Below are positions 9,848 through 20,186 of a stretch of DNA of 64,000 nucleotides, one piece after another; positions within the stretch are counted from its first letter, which is position 1, and each line of letters begins with the position of its first letter. Source of the DNA: an uncultured Pseudomonadota bacterium (GTDB lineage: Bacteria; Pseudomonadota; Alphaproteobacteria; Rhizobiales; Xanthobacteraceae); contig CAVUWO010000003.1 in assembly GCA_963745155.1 (NCBI GenBank), positions 114,366 through 178,365 of the forward strand, read 5' to 3'. Below the pieces are notes generated by a model. It saw only the letters and a list, made by a program, of their open reading frames with translations. It did not search any database and was not told where the DNA came from. The translations under genes were made by a program, and so were the position numbers.

Positions 9848-10300
9848 CTACCAACGCCCGGTGTTGGGCATCGAGATCCACGGTTCCTTGGGCGGCAGCG
9901 CCGCGCCCTTCTGCAGCAGCTCGATCGAATGCTTGTCGGGGGAGCGCACGAACGCCATCATGCCGTCGCGCGGCGGCCGGTTGATGGTGACGCCGGCCTT
10001 GGAAAGGCGCTCGCAGGTCGCATAGATATCGTCGACCTCGTAGGCGAGGTGGCCGAAATAGCGCGCTTCGCCATAGTCCTCGGTGTCCCAATTATAAGTG
10101 AGTTCGACCAGCGGTTCCTCGCGGCCCTTGGGGCCCTTGCCGACAATGTCCATGTCGCCCGGCGCCGCCAGGAACACCAGCGTGTACTTGGCCTTGTCGT
10201 CGTCCCTGCGGCGCAACTCGGTGAGGCCGAGCTTGTTGCAGTAGAAGTCGAGCGCGGCGTCGAGATTGCGCACCCGCAGCATGGTGTGAAGATATCGCAT
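9848..10300 (-). CDS. gloA: lactoylglutathione lyase (glyoxalase I)
   Basis: The sequence MRYLHTMLRVRNLDAALDFY...LELTYNWD...GHLAYEVDDIYATCERL is typical of GloA. ATG is at 10300. Confidence 0.9.
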   Translation of the reverse strand: MRYLHTMLRVRNLDAALDFYCNKLGLTELRRRDDDKAKYTLVFLAAPGDMDIVGKGPKGREEPLVELTYNWDTEDYGEARYFGHLAYEVDDIYATCERLSKAGVTINRPPRDGMMAFVRSPDKHSIELLQKGAALPPKEPWISMPNTGRW

Positions 10301-10419
10301 GAAGAAAACCTCCGTGGCTGAACGGCCGCCGCCGCGCGTGAGGGCGTAAGCCAGTGACAAAACGCCGACTAGATATGTAGGTTCAGACCGATAGGGCAAC
10401 GCGATAAAGGTGCCGCGAC

Positions 10420-11211
10420 ATGATCGCCTCCGATCTCGACAGCGCCGTCGCGCGCTTGCAGGACATGGTCGGCATGGCCGACATCGTGCTGCCGTTCACC
10501 GGCGCCGGCATCTCGACCGAGTGCGGCATTCCGGATTTCCGTTCGCCGGGCGGGATTTGGACCAAGAACCGGCCGATCCCGTTCGAGGAGTTTCTGGCGA
10601 GCCAGGAGGCGCGCAACGAATCCTGGCGGCGCCGCTTCGCCATCGCCGACAAGTTCGACGGCGCCCGGCCGGGACGCGGCCATCGCGCTTTGGCGAGCCT
10701 CTACCACTCCGGCAAGGTGCCGGCGGTGATCACGCAGAACATCGACAATCTGCATCAGGAATCCGGAATTGCGCCGGCACACGTCGTCGAACTGCACGGC
10801 AATACCACGTACGCCCACTGCCTCGACTGCGGCGAGCGCTGCGAATTGTCCTTCGTGCGCGAGAAGATGGCGGCCGGCAATGGCTGCGCGCCCGATTGTC
10901 CCGGCTGCGGCGGCTATATCAAGACTGCGACAATTTCGTTCGGTCAGGCGATGCCCGATTCCGCAATGCGGCAGGCCCAGGATCTGACGCTGCGCTGCGA
11001 CCTGTTCCTCGCCATCGGCTCGTCGCTGGTGGTGTGGCCGGCGGCCGGATTTCCCTTGTTGGCCAAGCGCAACGGGGCACGTCTTGTGATTCTCAATCGC
11101 GATCCGACCGAGTTCGATGACGTTGCCGACCTCGTCGTGCGCGACGACATCGGCACGGTGCTCGCGCCGTTCATCGCCGAGGCGTCATCCACCTTTGTTC
11201 ACAGGTTTTGA
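10420..11211 (+). CDS. cobB: NAD-dependent protein deacylase, Sir2 family (CobB-like)
   Basis: Motifs GAGISTECGIPDFRSPGG, QNIDNLH and the Zn ribbon CLDCG...CPGCGG. Confidence 0.9.
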   Translation: MIASDLDSAVARLQDMVGMADIVLPFTGAGISTECGIPDFRSPGGIWTKNRPIPFEEFLASQEARNESWRRRFAIADKFDGARPGRGHRALASLYHSGKVPAVITQNIDNLHQESGIAPAHVVELHGNTTYAHCLDCGERCELSFVREKMAAGNGCAPDCPGCGGYIKTATISFGQAMPDSAMRQAQDLTLRCDLFLAIGSSLVVWPAAGFPLLAKRNGARLVILNRDPTEFDDVADLVVRDDIGTVLAPFIAEASSTFVHRF

Positions 11212-11344
11212 AGCTTTTGGCGCGGTGTTGCAATTTTGTCCTTTTCCCTTCGATGGTCGGTGTTATCCTTAATTCAATAGATTCGTTGAAATTGGTGAGC
11301 GCCCGTCGGGCGTCAGCACAAAAAGCGGCGGCGGCCTCGGCGTC

Positions 11345-11941
11345 ATGACGTCGGACGGAATTGAATCAAAAATGGGTAGTCTGGGTCTCGAACCCGACCT
11401 CGATCTCTCCAATGAGGCGGGAGCGCGCGTCATCGAAGTGGCGGGCGTCATCAAATGGTTCGATGTCGCCAAGGGCTACGGCTTCATCATTCCCGACAAT
11501 GGGATGGCCGACGTGCTGTTGCACGTCACCTGCCTGCGCCGCGACGGCTATCAGACCGCCTATGAGGGCGCGCGGGTGGTGTGCGAGGTGCTCGCCCGAC
11601 CGCGCGGGTTGCAGGCCTTCCGCGTCATCTCCATGGACGAGTTGGCGGCGATCCACCCGGCGCAGATGCCGCCGCCGCGCACCCACGTCACGGTCACGCC
11701 GACCAGCGGCCTCGAACGCGCCCAGGTGAAATGGTTCAACCGGCTGCGCGGGTTCGGCTTCCTCACCCGCGGCGAGGGCACGCCCGACATTTTCGTTCAC
11801 ATGGAAACGCTGCGCCGCTTCGGCTTGACCGAGCTGCGCCCGGGCCAGTTCGTGCTGGTGCGCTACGGCCCCGGCCCCAAAGGCATGATGGCCGCGGAAG
11901 TCCATCCGGAAACCGGACCGCTCGGCCCGGCCTCGCACTGA
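11345..11941 (+). CDS. protein with two cold-shock domains
   Basis: Two CSD cores: GVIKWFDVAKGYGFI and AQVKWFNRLRGFGFL. Confidence 0.85.
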   Translation: MTSDGIESKMGSLGLEPDLDLSNEAGARVIEVAGVIKWFDVAKGYGFIIPDNGMADVLLHVTCLRRDGYQTAYEGARVVCEVLARPRGLQAFRVISMDELAAIHPAQMPPPRTHVTVTPTSGLERAQVKWFNRLRGFGFLTRGEGTPDIFVHMETLRRFGLTELRPGQFVLVRYGPGPKGMMAAEVHPETGPLGPASH

Positions 11942-12097
11942 GGCAGTCCTCAACATCTTCATCCAAGGCCGTGCCGCGTCGCTGGATTGCTTCGGCGTTC
12001 GCGCGCAATGAGGGGTGGAAGGCGCGCAGGCTCTCGGCGCAGGCGTCGGCGCGTCTTGCTGGCGCCAAGCCGAAGATGTATCGAAGGCCGCATCTCT

Positions 12098-12174
12098 CGG
12101 GGTATAGCGCAGCCTGGTAGCGCGGCAGTTTTGGGTACTGCAGGTCGCAGGTTCGAATCCTGCTGCCCCGACCA
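12098..12174 (+). tRNA. tRNA-Pro (anticodon UGG)
   Basis: CGGGGTATAGCGCAGCCTGGTAGCGCGGCAGTTTTGGGTACTGCAGGTCGCAGGTTCGAATCCTGCTGCCCCGACCA folds as a cloverleaf with anticodon loop TTTGGGT. Confidence 0.95.
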
Positions 12175-12267
12175 TCCGATCCTTGATTTCGCTCAAGGTG
12201 ATTCTGACGATCCGGTGTTGATTCGAAGACGCAATCAGTCGGCCTTGGCTGCAGAAGGACACATTCC

Positions 12268-12573
12268 ATGACCGCCCGCATCTACAAGCCGGCCCGCACC
12301 GCGATGCAGTCCGGTACCGCCAAGACCAAGGAATGGGTGCTCGATTACGAGCCGGAACAGCCGCGCATGGTCGAGCCGCTGATGGGCTGGACCAGCTCCG
12401 GCGACATGAAGCAGGAGCTGCGGCTGCACTTCGACACCAAGGAAGAGGCGATCGCCTATTGCGAGCGCGAGGGCATTCCCTATCAGGTGTTCGAAACGAG
12501 GCCGCCGGCGCGTCAACGCATCTCCTACTCCGACAATTTCGCCTATCCGCGCCGCGAGGCGTGGACGCATTAA
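12268..12573 (+). CDS. ETC complex I subunit conserved-region protein (NDUFS4-like)
   Basis: The sequence ARIYKPARTAMQSG...PLMGWTSSGD...F.TKEEAIAYCEREGIPY is typical of the alphaproteobacterial NDUFS4-like family. Confidence 0.85.
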   Translation: MTARIYKPARTAMQSGTAKTKEWVLDYEPEQPRMVEPLMGWTSSGDMKQELRLHFDTKEEAIAYCEREGIPYQVFETRPPARQRISYSDNFAYPRREAWTH

Positions 12574-12611
12574 CGCGTTGTCGGTCGCGTGAGCTCCAAG
12601 ATCTTCGCGCG

Positions 12612-13908
12612 CTAGCGCGACGCGGCGCCGACCGGCGCGCCGCCGCCGAAGCGCGCGGCGGCAAGCTGGCGTCCCTGCGAGGCGGCGCGCTGGCGCAGGA
12701 GCGAGATGAAGCGCTCTTCCGGCATCGGCTGGCCGAGCAAAAATCCCTGGCCGTAGTCGCAGCCCATGCTCACCAGGGCGACCGCGTCGGAGGCTTTCTC
12801 GATGCCGATCGCCACCGCGATGCTGCCGAAGTTATGCGCGAGGTCGATCACGGTCTTGCACAGCGGCGCGTTGACCTTGTCGGTGCCGCAGTCCTTGACG
12901 AAGGCGCGGTCGAGCTTGAGCTCGGCGAACGGCAGTTCCTTGAGCCGCGCCAGCGAAGAAAAACCGCGGCCGAAATCGTCGATCGCCAGCATGACGTTGA
13001 GCGGCTTGAGCCGCTTGGTGAGGTCGCTCGCCAGCGACAGATCGGTGACGATCTGCTCTTCCGTCACGTCGATGACGAGCCCCGGCCATTTCTCGTAATG
13101 CGGCCGATAGGTCTGCACGATGTCGGCGACCGGGATGTTGACCAGAGCGTCGACCGGAACGTTGACCGCGAGCCGCACATTGACGCCGAGCTTGGCGAAG
13201 CCGAGCCCCGCCTTGAGCGTCTGCGACAAGGCGAGTTCCGAGAGCGCGACGAGGCTCGATGGCGTGGCGCCGGGCATGAATGCGCTCGGCACGAGCACGC
13301 CGTTCTGCGGATGGCGCGCCCGCGCGAAGGCTTCGGCGCCGACCAGCTGTTTCTTGCGCAAGTCGATCTTGGGCTGATACCAGAATTCGATCCAGCCGTT
13401 GCGCAACGCCTCGTCGAGATCGATCCGCGCGGCGATGGTCGGCGGATGGCCGAGCTTGAGGGTGTGCAATATTCCGACGATAGTGCCGGTCTCGAACGGC
13501 TTTTTCAGGATCGGCAGCATCTGCAGCCGGTTTTGCTCGCCGATGCTTTTGACGTGCTCGAGCACGGCGGCGCCGCGGCTGCTCATCAGTTGCACGCTGC
13601 CGGCATAGCCCACTCTGCCGAGCGCGATCACGCATTCGATGGCGTCGGTCGAATTCGAGCCCGATATCGAGGAAGACGAGCGTCGGCGCGCGGCGGGACA
13701 ATGCGGCGCGAAAGCTCACGCCGTCGGCGAATTCCTCGGTGTCGATGCCGGCGCCGTGCAGCACGAGCGACAGGAAATGCCGCATGCTCTCGTCGGCGTC
13801 GACCAGAAAGCAAAGCGGCACGCGCCCTTGGCCGTGCTGCGCGGCGGCCTCGTTCGTAAGGCCGGTCGCGGCGGGGTCGAGCTGCGCCGGGTTTGCGTTC
13901 ATGGCCAA
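12612..13908 (-). pseudogene. response-regulator receiver + EAL (c-di-GMP phosphodiesterase) protein, frameshifted
   Basis: The receiver N-terminus (CFLVDADESMRHFL...TLVFLDIG) lies in ORF 12832-13908. The EAL domain (QPKIDL...EAFARARHP...DDFGRGFSS) lies in ORF 12612-13631. The frame changes at ccc 13660-13662. Confidence 0.8.
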
Positions 13909-14003
13909 GCCTGGTGACGCACGCAGAGGAACGTGCGTCGTTAACGGTATTGTTTAACCGTTAACCGGTGGTTTCGATGCGCCCCGCTATCCTTGCCTTC
14001 CGT

Positions 14004-14480
14004 TTATCCTTGGGCGTGCAGCGTTTTGCCGCCGGCGGTGACCGGCTTGGCGTCGATCAGCACGAAGGCAATGACGCAGGGCTTGTCGCCGCGGTTGATC
14101 CAATTGTGGATGGTGCCGCGCTGGACCAGGACATCGCCGGCTTTCAGATGCACCTCGCAGTCGTCGAGCGGCATGTCGATCTCGCCCGACAGCACCACGG
14201 CGTAATCGATCGAATCGGTACGGTGCATGCGCGGCGCGACGCCCGGCTGGAATTCGATCACCCGGAACACCGTGCCGCCGGGCAGGGTGGTGCCGACTTG
14301 CCGTGCCGCGCCGTCGGCCGTGCCGGAATTGTCGGCGGGTATCGTGTCCGTGGTCCAGATCACGTTCGCCGAGGCACCCGGCCGTGTTGTCCGCGGGTTG
14401 GTCATGGTCTCGTCGATCGCGACGACCGCGCGCCCGTTGGCGTCGTGACCGGTCACGACGCGGCGTATCTGCAAGGTCAT
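14004..14480 (-). CDS. cupin-domain protein
   Basis: 158-aa protein whose segment HRTDSIDYAVVLSGEI...GDVLVQRGTIHNW resembles a cupin beta-barrel. Confidence 0.7.
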   Translation of the reverse strand: MTLQIRRVVTGHDANGRAVVAIDETMTNPRTTRPGASANVIWTTDTIPADNSGTADGAARQVGTTLPGGTVFRVIEFQPGVAPRMHRTDSIDYAVVLSGEIDMPLDDCEVHLKAGDVLVQRGTIHNWINRGDKPCVIAFVLIDAKPVTAGGKTLHAQG

Positions 14481-14682
14481 TCTTGTTCTCCTTGTCTAAG
14501 ACGGTGGAACGCAGCGCCTAGGCGTCATCGTCAGCGCGGCGCGGGCAGGAAACACACGAAGTCGTGACCGTATCAGCCGGGGTGTGGCGGCCAATTGTGA
14601 TTGGCGCGTTATGGCTCGCCGAACGTAAACAGTTTCGCTGCGCCGCCTTCAGGGAGCGGCGGCAAGCTCTTCGGAGGACCCC

Positions 14683-15407
14683 ATGGCCGTCAGCCGCCTT
14701 TCGTTTCGGCATCTCGTCCCGGCACTCGTCTGTCTGCCGCTCGCGGCCCTCGCCGCAAGCCCGGCGGCGGCCGAACCCGCCGTCGCTATTCCCGCTCCGA
14801 CCCACGAGGCGGCGGCGCCGGCGGATGCCGGCTTGCAGCGCGTCGTGCTCGCCGGCGGCTGCTTCTGGGGCGTGCAGGCGGTGTTTCAGCATACCAAGGG
14901 CGTGACCGCGGCCGTCTCCGGCTATGCCGGCGGCGACAAGATCCACGGCGCACTACGAACTGGTCGGCACCGGCCGCACCGGCCACGCCGAATCCGTCGC
15001 GGTGACCTACGACCCGAAGCAAATTTCCTACGGCAAAATCCTGCAGATTTATTTCTCGGTAGCGCACGACCCGACCGAGCTCAACTACCAGGGCCCTGAC
15101 CACGGCACGCAATATCGTTCGGCGATCTTCTACGCCAACGACGAACAGAAGCGCCTCGCCGAAGGCTATATCGCCGAGCTCGACAAGGCCCACGCTTTCC
15201 GGCGAGCCGATCGTCACCAAGCTCGAGCCGCTCAAGGGCTTCTATGCGGCGGAGGATTATCACCAGGATTTCGCGGTGCTGCACCCGAACTACCCTTACA
15301 TCGTGTTCAACGACGCGCCCAAGGTGGTGAACCTCAAGCGGCTGTTCGCCGACGTCTACCGCGACACCCCGGTCACGGTGATGGCGGCGAGCAAGGCGGG
15401 GGAGTAG
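14683..15407 (+). pseudogene. msrA: peptide-methionine (S)-S-oxide reductase MsrA with signal peptide, two frameshifts
   Basis: Motifs GGCFWGVQ, TGHAESVAVTYDP, QYRSAIFY and FYAAEDYHQDF are spread over three frames. The frame changes near 14951 and 15199. Confidence 0.85.
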
Positions 15408-15559
15408 GTGCATCGCGCCCCCGCGTAACGGGGAGGAAAGACGGCTGCGGCACTCGCGTCTATAGCCATCGGCACCCGACTGCAGTAACCTCGCGTCAAG
15501 GAGACCGGGCCGGAGAAACCCGCTCCAGAGGACCGAGGAAACTGGTTGGGAGGGATGCC

Positions 15560-16892
15560 ATGGCGATGGCCACCACGACGTATGGGACGCTGCCCGATTC
15601 CGAACATAGCGCGCAACTGCGCAAAGCCGTGATCGCCTCGACGATCGGCACCACGATCGAGTGGTACGACTTCTTTCTCTACGGCACGGCCGCGGGCCTC
15701 GTCTTCGGCAAGCTCTACTTCCCCAACCAGGATCCGCTGTCGGCGACGCTGCTCGCCTTCGGCACCTACTTCATCGGCTTCATCGCGCGGCCGGTCGGCG
15801 CCGCGATCTTCGGCCATTACGGCGACCGCATCGGCCGCAAGGCGACCTTGATCGCGACGCTTCTGTGCATGGGCATCGCGACTTTTCTCGTCGCCTTCGT
15901 GCCGACCTACGACTCGATCGGCATCTGGGGCGCGGTGATTCTCACCGTGCTGCGGGCGCTGCAAGGCATCGGCGTCGGCGGCGAATGGGGCGGGTCGGTG
16001 CTGCTGGCGATGGAATGGTCGCGCACCCACGGCCAACGCGGGCTGGTCGCCTCGTGGCCGCAATTCGGCGTGCCGGCCGGACTGTTCCTGTCGAATCTGG
16101 CGGTGCTTGGCTTCAGCGCCTGGTCGGGCGACCAGTTCGCCGTGTGGGGCTGGCGCATTCCGTTCGCGCTGTCGATCATCCTGGTCGGCATCGGCCTGTG
16201 GATCCGGCTCGGCATTCTCGAGACGCCGGTGTTCCAGAAGCTCCTGGACCAGAACAAGATCGAGAAGGCTCCGATCGCCGAAGTGATCAAGAGAGCAGCC
16301 GAAGGAAATTCTGCTGTCGGCGCTGTTGCGCATGTCCGAACAGGCGCCGTTCTACATGTTCGTCGCCTTCATCTTCTCCTACACCGTCGGCACCCTGCAT
16401 ATGTCGCGCAACCTCATCCTGACCGCGGTGATGGTGGCGGCCTGCGTGTCGTTCGTCACCATTCCGCTGTCCGGCCACATCTCCGACCGCATCGGGCGGC
16501 GGAAAATGTACCTGATCGGCGTGGTCATAACCGGCCTGTTCGGGTTCCTCTATTTCGGCATGGTCGACACGGCGATCCCGTCGGCGGTCTTCATCGCCAT
16601 CGTGCTCTCGCTCATTCCCCACGACATCCAGTACGGACCGCAGGCGGCGCTGATCGCAGAGTCGTTCACGCCGCGACTGCGTTACAGCGGCGCTTCGCTC
16701 GGCTATCAGCTCGCTTCGGTCATCGCCGGCGGACCGGCGCCGATCATCGCCACGGCGCTGTTCGCCGCGTATCACTCCGGCTACGCGATCGCCATTTATA
16801 TCCTCGCCTGCGCTGTCGTCAGCCTGATCTCGGCCTCCTTCATGCCGGACTACACCGGCAAGGACATCTCGGCGGAATACGACGAGGAGTGA
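15560..16892 (+). pseudogene. MFS metabolite:H+ symporter (ProP/KgtP-like), frameshifted
   Basis: The N-terminal half carries TIEWYDFFLYG...GHYGDRIGRK. The C-terminal half is ORF 16326-16892 (SDRIGRRKMY). The frame changes near 16293. Confidence 0.8.
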
Positions 16893-17096
16893 TGCGCGTT
16901 GCCGTTGTTGGCGCGCGAACGCGCAATGTGAAATAACGTCACTTGTCGGCGCGGCCTGCCGCCTGCTCCTGTTCGGGGCAGGGGGCGGCCGTGCGGCAGT
17001 ATTTCGCCACCTCACGCAAGCCGCAGGATTCTTCGCAAGACTTCCATCTTCGCGAGACTTCGAGCGGTTGAACGCATCGGCACCGGACACTTCCGC

Positions 17097-18398
17097 ATGA
17101 ACGAATCCGCTGCACCGGCCACCTTGGCGGCGCGCACAAAGCCAAAACCCCGGCCGTTCTATCTGCAGCTCTGGTTCCTGGTGCTGGTGGCGATGGCGCT
17201 CGGCGTCGCGCTCGGCGAACGCGATCCCACGCTCGGCGCGCAGATGGAGCCGCTCGGCAACGCATTCATCAAGGCGATCCGCGTCCTCATCGCGCCGATC
17301 ATTTTCTGCACCGTGGTGCACGGCATCGCCGGCATGGCGAACATGGCCCGCGTCGGCCGCGTCGCGCTCAAGGCGCTGATCTATTTCGAGGTCCTGACGA
17401 CCATCGCGCTCGTCATCGGGCTCGTTGCCGTCAATGTGTTCCAACCCGGCGCCGGCATGAATGTCGACCTCTCCCACGTCGATACGTCGAGCATCGCGCA
17501 TTATCTCGAGCCGACGAGGCGGCAGACCGCCGTGCAGTTTCTGCTCGCCATCATCCCCAACACCTTCGTCGGCGCCTTCACCGAGGGCAATGTTCTGCAG
17601 GTGCTGTTCGTCGCGGTGCTGTCCGGGTTCGCGCTCAGCGCCATGGGACAAGCGGGCAAGCCGCTCACCGATTTGATCGGGGCGGCGACGCAGATGTTCT
17701 TCCGCATCGTCGGCTTTGTGATGTGGGCGGCGCCGATCGGCGCGTTCGGGGCGATCGCCTTCACGGTCGGCAAGTTCGGCACCGGCTCGCTCGTCTCGCT
17801 CGGCAAGCTGCTCGCCAGCTTCTACGTCACCTGTCTGATCTTCATCGCCCTGGTGCTGTGGCCGGTCGCGCACGCCTGCGGCGTGAACCTGTTCAAGTTC
17901 ATCCGCTACATCCGCGAAGAATTGCTGATCGTCATCGCCACGACGTCGTCCGAGACCGTGCTGCCGCGCATGATCGCCAAGCTCGAAGCCTTAGGCTGCG
18001 AGGAGAGCGTGGTCGGGCTCGTCATTCCGACCGGCTATTCGTTCAATCTCGACGGCACTTGCCTTTATCTCGCGACTGCCGCGGTGTTTCTGGCGCAGGC
18101 GACCAATACGCCGCTCCCGCTGGAGCACCAGATCGGGCTGTTGCTGGTGCTGCTCCTCGCCTCGAAGGGAGCGGCCGGCGTCGCCGGCGCGGCTTTCGTC
18201 GTGCTTGCGGCGACGCTGTCGTCGGTCGGCACCATCCCGGTCGAGAGCGTCGCGCTCGTGCTCGGCGTGCACCGCCTGATGTCGCAGGCGCTCACGCCGA
18301 CCAACCTGATCGGCAACGGCATCGCCACGCTCGTCATCGCGAAGTGGGAACGCGCGCTCGACGAGCGGCGGCTGCGGGAAGCGCTCGACGGCAACTGA
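17097..18398 (+). CDS. dctA: C4-dicarboxylate transport protein DctA
   Basis: 433-aa sodium:dicarboxylate symporter family protein. The motifs YLQLWFLVLVAM, SSETVLPRM and NLDGT are typical of DctA. Confidence 0.9.
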   Translation: MNESAAPATLAARTKPKPRPFYLQLWFLVLVAMALGVALGERDPTLGAQMEPLGNAFIKAIRVLIAPIIFCTVVHGIAGMANMARVGRVALKALIYFEVLTTIALVIGLVAVNVFQPGAGMNVDLSHVDTSSIAHYLEPTRRQTAVQFLLAIIPNTFVGAFTEGNVLQVLFVAVLSGFALSAMGQAGKPLTDLIGAATQMFFRIVGFVMWAAPIGAFGAIAFTVGKFGTGSLVSLGKLLASFYVTCLIFIALVLWPVAHACGVNLFKFIRYIREELLIVIATTSSETVLPRMIAKLEALGCEESVVGLVIPTGYSFNLDGTCLYLATAAVFLAQATNTPLPLEHQIGLLLVLLLASKGAAGVAGAAFVVLAATLSSVGTIPVESVALVLGVHRLMSQALTPTNLIGNGIATLVIAKWERALDERRLREALDGN

Positions 18399-18568
18399 TA
18401 TCGAGGACTTTTGTGAGCGCTTCATGTGATCGTCGTGCTTCGAAAGAACATCGCTGTTGGTTTCTTTTGGCGTTCGTTGAACCGAGTCTCCGAACTTCAT
18501 TCAGACCAGGTTCATTCCCCGATGCGCACATTGAGCAATCGATAAACTCATTTGCCGGAGAAAACCCA

Positions 18569-18898
18569 ATGTTACGTAAACTTACTCTGATGGCCGCAGT
18601 GGCGGCGGCGCTTGCGCTCCCTGCGGACGCGATGGCTAAAGGCGGTCACGGCGGTCCATCACGGCGGTGGCCACACGGCGGTGGTCACCACGGCGGTGGT
18701 CATCATGGCGGCGGCCACCATGGTGGACACGGCGGTGGCCATGGACATGGTGGAGGGCATCACGGTGGACATGGCGGTCACGGTCATGGCGGCCATAGTC
18801 ACGGCCGGTACTTCCACGGCGGTCGCTGGTGGAGCGGCTATGGCGTCGGCCCGTGCTGGCAGCAGACCCCGGCGGGATGGATTTGGATCTGTAACTAA
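18569..18898 (+). CDS. small secreted Gly/His-repeat protein with a Trp/Cys-rich C-terminus (possible periplasmic metal-binding protein)
   Basis: RBS ggag followed by ATG 18569. Signal peptide MLRKLTLMAAVAAALALPADAMA, then (G2-3H1-2)n repeats, then RWWSGYGVGPCWQQTPAGWIWICN. Confidence 0.65.
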   Translation: MLRKLTLMAAVAAALALPADAMAKGGHGGPSRRWPHGGGHHGGGHHGGGHHGGHGGGHGHGGGHHGGHGGHGHGGHSHGRYFHGGRWWSGYGVGPCWQQTPAGWIWICN

Positions 18899-18904
18899 AC
18901 ACGA

Positions 18905-18932
18905 GGGGAGCTGGCCGCGTGGCCAGCTCCCC
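18905..18932. terminator. perfect 12-bp hairpin (ggggagctggcc-gcgt-ggccagctcccc) between convergent genes
   Basis: Read directly from the sequence. A T-rich tract follows on the plus strand. The hairpin could act in both directions. Confidence 0.7.
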
Positions 18933-19005
18933 GTCGCTTCCTTGATTTATCTGTTTGGAAGCCGGCGGGACGACCTGACGACGCCGAGCAGAATGTGCGG
19001 CAACT

Positions 19006-20049
19006 TCAATAGCCGCCGCGCTCCGACAACGAAACCGGCGTCACGCCGTCTCCGCCAGCACGCGGTCGACATCCGCGCGCCTTGGTCTTGTCCGCGTCGG
19101 TCATCAGCGAAGCCGTGATGCCGTTGCGCACGATCGCCGCGATCTCGTCGCGCTGAAGCGCGAGCGCACCCGAAACCGCGCGGTAATTGTCGTTGACGTA
19201 GCCGCCGAAATACGCCGGATCGTCGGAATTGATGGTGACGACGAGGCCCTTGTCCATCATGCGCCGCAGCGGATGATGGATGAGGTCGGCAACGACACGC
19301 AGGCGCAGATTGGAGAGGGGACAGACGGTCAGCGCCATGCGCTCGCGGCCGAGCCGGTTGACCAATGCGGCGTCCTCGAGCGCGCGGTTGCCGTGATCGA
19401 TCCGGCCGACGCCGAGCACGTCGAGCGCTTCCCACACATAGCTCGCCGGCCCTTCCTCGCCGGCATGCGCGGTGAGAAAAAACCCGGCGTCGCTGGCGCG
19501 GCGGAACACGTGGCGGAATTTGCTCGGCGGGTGCCCGGCTTCGGAGGAATCGAGGCCGACGCCGACGATCTGGTCGCGAAATGCCAGCGCGCTGTCGAGC
19601 GTCTTCTCCGCGTCCGCCTCGTCGAGATGGCGCAGAAAGCACATGATCAGGCTCGCATCGACGCCGAGGTCGCGCCGGGCATCGGCGATGGCGCGATGCA
19701 ACCCGCCGATCACGGTCGCGAACGCGACGCCGCGCGAGGTGTGGCCCTGCGGATCGAAGAACATCTCGACATGGCGGACATTGTCGGCGCGCGCGCGCTC
19801 GAGATACGCGAAGGCGAGATCGTAAAAATCCTGCTCGGTGAGGAGCACCGCCATGCCCTGATAATAGATGTCGAGAAAATCCTGCAGATTGCCGAACTGG
19901 TAGGCGCGCCGCACCGCCTCGACCGAATCGAACGGCAGCCGCACGCCGTTCCTCCGCGCCAGCGCGAACATCAGCTCCGGTTCCAGGCTGCCTTCGATGT
20001 GAATGTGCAGCTCGCATTTCGGCAGGCGTTTGATCAATGTGTCATGCAT
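19006..20049 (-). CDS. adenosine/adenine deaminase family protein (Add/Ade type 2)
   Basis: Motifs LPKCELHIHIEGSLEPELMF, HAGEEG and TINSDDPAYFG. The last ~25 aa look non-native. An alternative frame ends at 19041 (..RADVDRVLAETA*), so a C-terminal frameshift near 19080 is possible. Confidence 0.85.
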   Translation of the reverse strand: MHDTLIKRLPKCELHIHIEGSLEPELMFALARRNGVRLPFDSVEAVRRAYQFGNLQDFLDIYYQGMAVLLTEQDFYDLAFAYLERARADNVRHVEMFFDPQGHTSRGVAFATVIGGLHRAIADARRDLGVDASLIMCFLRHLDEADAEKTLDSALAFRDQIVGVGLDSSEAGHPPSKFRHVFRRASDAGFFLTAHAGEEGPASYVWEALDVLGVGRIDHGNRALEDAALVNRLGRERMALTVCPLSNLRLRVVADLIHHPLRRMMDKGLVVTINSDDPAYFGGYVNDNYRAVSGALALQRDEIAAIVRNGITASLMTDADKTKARGCRPRAGGDGVTPVSLSERGGY

Positions 20050-20186
20050 GTCTTTCGTTTGCTCCTCCGCCGGCCAGGTGCGCGCTTCGGTCGGCCTGCC
20101 GCCCGGCATCGCGACGCGCGTATGCGGCTGTGTTCCGCAAATCGCGGAAATCGAGGCCAGAACTATCACATGTTTATCTTTCCCGG

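Noticed and set aside
10420-11211. SIR2-domain protein as a possible anti-phage defence component (Thoeris/DSR-like).
   Set aside because: It is a compact CobB-type deacylase with the canonical NAD-binding motifs and a Zn ribbon. It has no fused sensor or effector domain and no partner gene, and it sits among housekeeping genes.
17040-17097. Sigma-54 (-24/-12) promoter upstream of dctA, as in rhizobial DctBD-regulated dctA.
   Set aside because: The only GGCAC-like sequence (about 17072-17088) lacks the properly spaced TTGC element and lies too close to the ATG. No dctB or dctD genes are adjacent.
18640-18800. Highly repetitive ggcggtggtcaccac-type DNA as a possible CRISPR array or non-coding tandem array.
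   Set aside because: The repeats are short (6-15 bp), contiguous with no spacers, and lie in-frame within a signal-peptide-bearing ORF. They are coding Gly/His repeats.
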